Positions 61,701 through 64,000 of a stretch of DNA of 64,000 bases are shown here, one piece after another. Under the pieces are notes generated by a model, which did not search any database, was not told the DNA's origin, and saw nothing but the letters and a program-made list of their open reading frames with translations. Every line of letters starts with the position of its first letter. The stretch's first letter is position 1. The stretch is from Lingula anatina (lineage: Eukaryota; Animalia; Brachiopoda), in the NCBI GenBank assembly GCA_051362555.1, contig CM120645.1, positions 10,912,001 through 10,976,000 on the forward strand, written 5' to 3'. The translations under genes and the position numbers were made by a program.

Positions 61701-64000
61701 TGCCTAGCAATGTACATGGCCTCCTAGTGTTTACAAATCTAACACCAATATGCAGGTGCTTGTAGTCCTAAGCACAATCACTTCAAACTTCCCAACACCT
61801 CTCAGCTTTCATACTTCCATTTGCAAACCTTCACATGTCTATTTGCTGGATGTTTAAGTTTTGACTGGGATTCAACTTATATTTTCCTTTGTGTGACATT
61901 GATGTCACCTTGTTTTTACTGTTGATATAGAAAAAAGATACACACAGAGCAAAAAAAGGAAACCTGTACCAAATCATATATTTTTTATAATGTTGGAATA
62001 TCTTTTATGGAAATATTTACTTATTGGCTATGGAGTATTCATATACTAGATATCAATTTAAGAAAACATGGCATATGGGAGTGATCTTTAAATTCAAACT
62101 GAAAAAACTTTGTGATGGCTTCCATACATAGGTTTTTTTATTGCTTTGACATTCTTAAGTTTGTATTGATTTTATTTTAAAATGCATATAAAAACTTCCT
62201 AATCCAAATAAAAAAAAGAAAAAAAAGAAAAAAACACTGAGAAAAATTCAGCTTTGGCACGTGTGGCAGCATGCACATGCAGCCTTCAGCATCATCACCG
62301 TCGCCATAACTGCCATCAGCGCTTTCAAAACACGTGTACAGCTGTACGTGCACGTATGCTGCCTCGCTTAATATCCAGAGTTAATGCATCAGCCGGCCCC
62401 AGTTTGGCAGGAACTGTTTTGCCTTTGGCTGACATAAGATCAAAACATCAGTGTGGTTGATTACAAATAACAGAGCTGATGGCCGGAAATGGCAGAGCTG
62501 GTTGCAATATACCTCAGGTTTTAAAGCCTCCTGACCTTGTTCTGTTTCTTCTCACTGGGACTTTATGTAGTCCCATTGAAAAGAAACTTTGTCGTCATGG
62601 CAGCTTAGGATTGCTTTAGAAAACAATGAAAATTTGATTTTATCACTCTTAGCGTAGGAGTTCTTGATAAATGATTTATTTTTACAAACCCATTTGGAAT
62701 GAACCCGTCTTGATCTTTAAAAACTCAGAATCAGTTTACAGAGCATAATAAACTTGCTTCTATATTTGGTATACACTATGCAAGGCTTGCACAGTAACGT
62801 TTATAGCAATTATGGCAAACCTATCTTCAAATGAGGACATCTACTAGTTATAAGTAAAAATATAATTTGATTGCATTACTCAATGCAGTGTTTAAGTGTC
62901 TTGGAATTTTTATCCTCACATATGTACTGAGAGCAAACTCAATCTACCTCTTTCCAGTTTGATGACTGCTCAAAGAAAAGCTTGATACATCATACACTGA
63001 TTCAATGTATAGTTGATTGCATTATTTCAAACAGAAATGATAACTCCCTTACATTCCAACATCATGTCGTTTTTCTAAAAATAAATGGAGTACAAATTCA
63101 TTTCAACAGTTGATTTCATTACTTCAAGCAGAAGAATTTCGCGCTCTTATTATGTGGCATGATGCCCAGTAATGGACATATTTGGTTTAAAGGGGGAAAA
63201 TGAGTCCAGTCACAGATTAGGACTCAGGTAAGTTAAGAATTCCAACAAGTCTACATAAGCACCAAGCTGTAAGCTGGTAGTGTGCACAATAATTGTTCAA
63301 ACATGTATCTATTAGAGAGTGGTTTATGCTGCTGAATTTCTGTACTGGAACAAGAAACAAGAATGGTGCCAAAAGGTTCAAATGTGCACTAGCAAGGACC
63401 CCTTCCCAATGTAACTTTCATTCTATCTAGATCAATCCAGCTCCGAGGGGACTCTTGCTGATTGCAATCAGATTAAAAGATTAACACGCCTCCTCCTGAC
63501 GTTGAGTAGAAAACAGACAAGCTGTAAAATTTACTTACATTCAAACAAAAACACTATCTGCTGTAATTTAACTCTACATTAAGACTTCACTTAGCAAATG
63601 GATCAGGCTTGAGGGAACCATTGAAAATTAAAGACAACTTAAAAGGCATCAGTGACTTTGAACCATTTTACAGAGTAAGTGAACTGCAGAGCTACAAAAA
63701 AATACTTGAAAGCCTACATCAAGGTTTTGAAGTTCTGTCACATTTTTTGGTTTCCCCAGAAAAAATTGCTTATAAAATACTAATTAGCTGACAATTGGTA
63801 CAACACATTTTATTTTGTTTCCCCCCAAAAAAACAGCTACATTACAATCCACACCCAATTACTGTCAATCCCAAGAGAGCATCAAGCCATTTAAAGGCTG
63901 CCACACTTTCTATTTTGTGATATATCTGATAATGATTACATGGAATTTCATTATTTTCTGCAGGTATGAATTGGCATGGCAGCTCTGAATGCTTTTTTTC

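Overview
AT-rich, intron-rich animal genomic DNA that looks lophotrochozoan or mollusc-like (inferred from the repeat families and the nested gene family; not proven). Reading splice sites by hand gives five protein genes. (1) The 3' half of HPS3 (+, 1886-19694). (2) An uncharacterised, probably secreted 265-aa gene nested antisense in the 9.6-kb HPS3 intron (-, 6644-11705). (3) MRPL2 (-, 21247-24921). (4) LSM8 (+, 25530-32129), head-to-head with MRPL2 and with a U12-type first intron. (5) A PCTAIRE kinase, CDK16/17/18 (-, 35510-46817), with candidate alternative first exons at about 53.9 kb and 58.7 kb. A complete, very young Ty3/Gypsy (Mag-like) LTR retrotransposon lies antisense in LSM8 intron 2: identical 176-bp LTRs, TACTG TSD, intact 1333-aa ORF. 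Introns also hold a Helentron-associated (HINE/DINE-1-like) element carrying a ~145-bp satellite array, inserted inside a TTAA-flanked DNA transposon, plus several MITEs, a LINE remnant and minisatellites. I found no CRISPR array, rRNA or tRNA gene. I cannot demonstrate a wholly new biological system here. The best candidates for novelty are the nested secreted-protein gene, the multi-level nesting around it, and the MRPL2/LSM8/LTR/U12 locus. Coordinates were counted by eye and may be off by a few bases.
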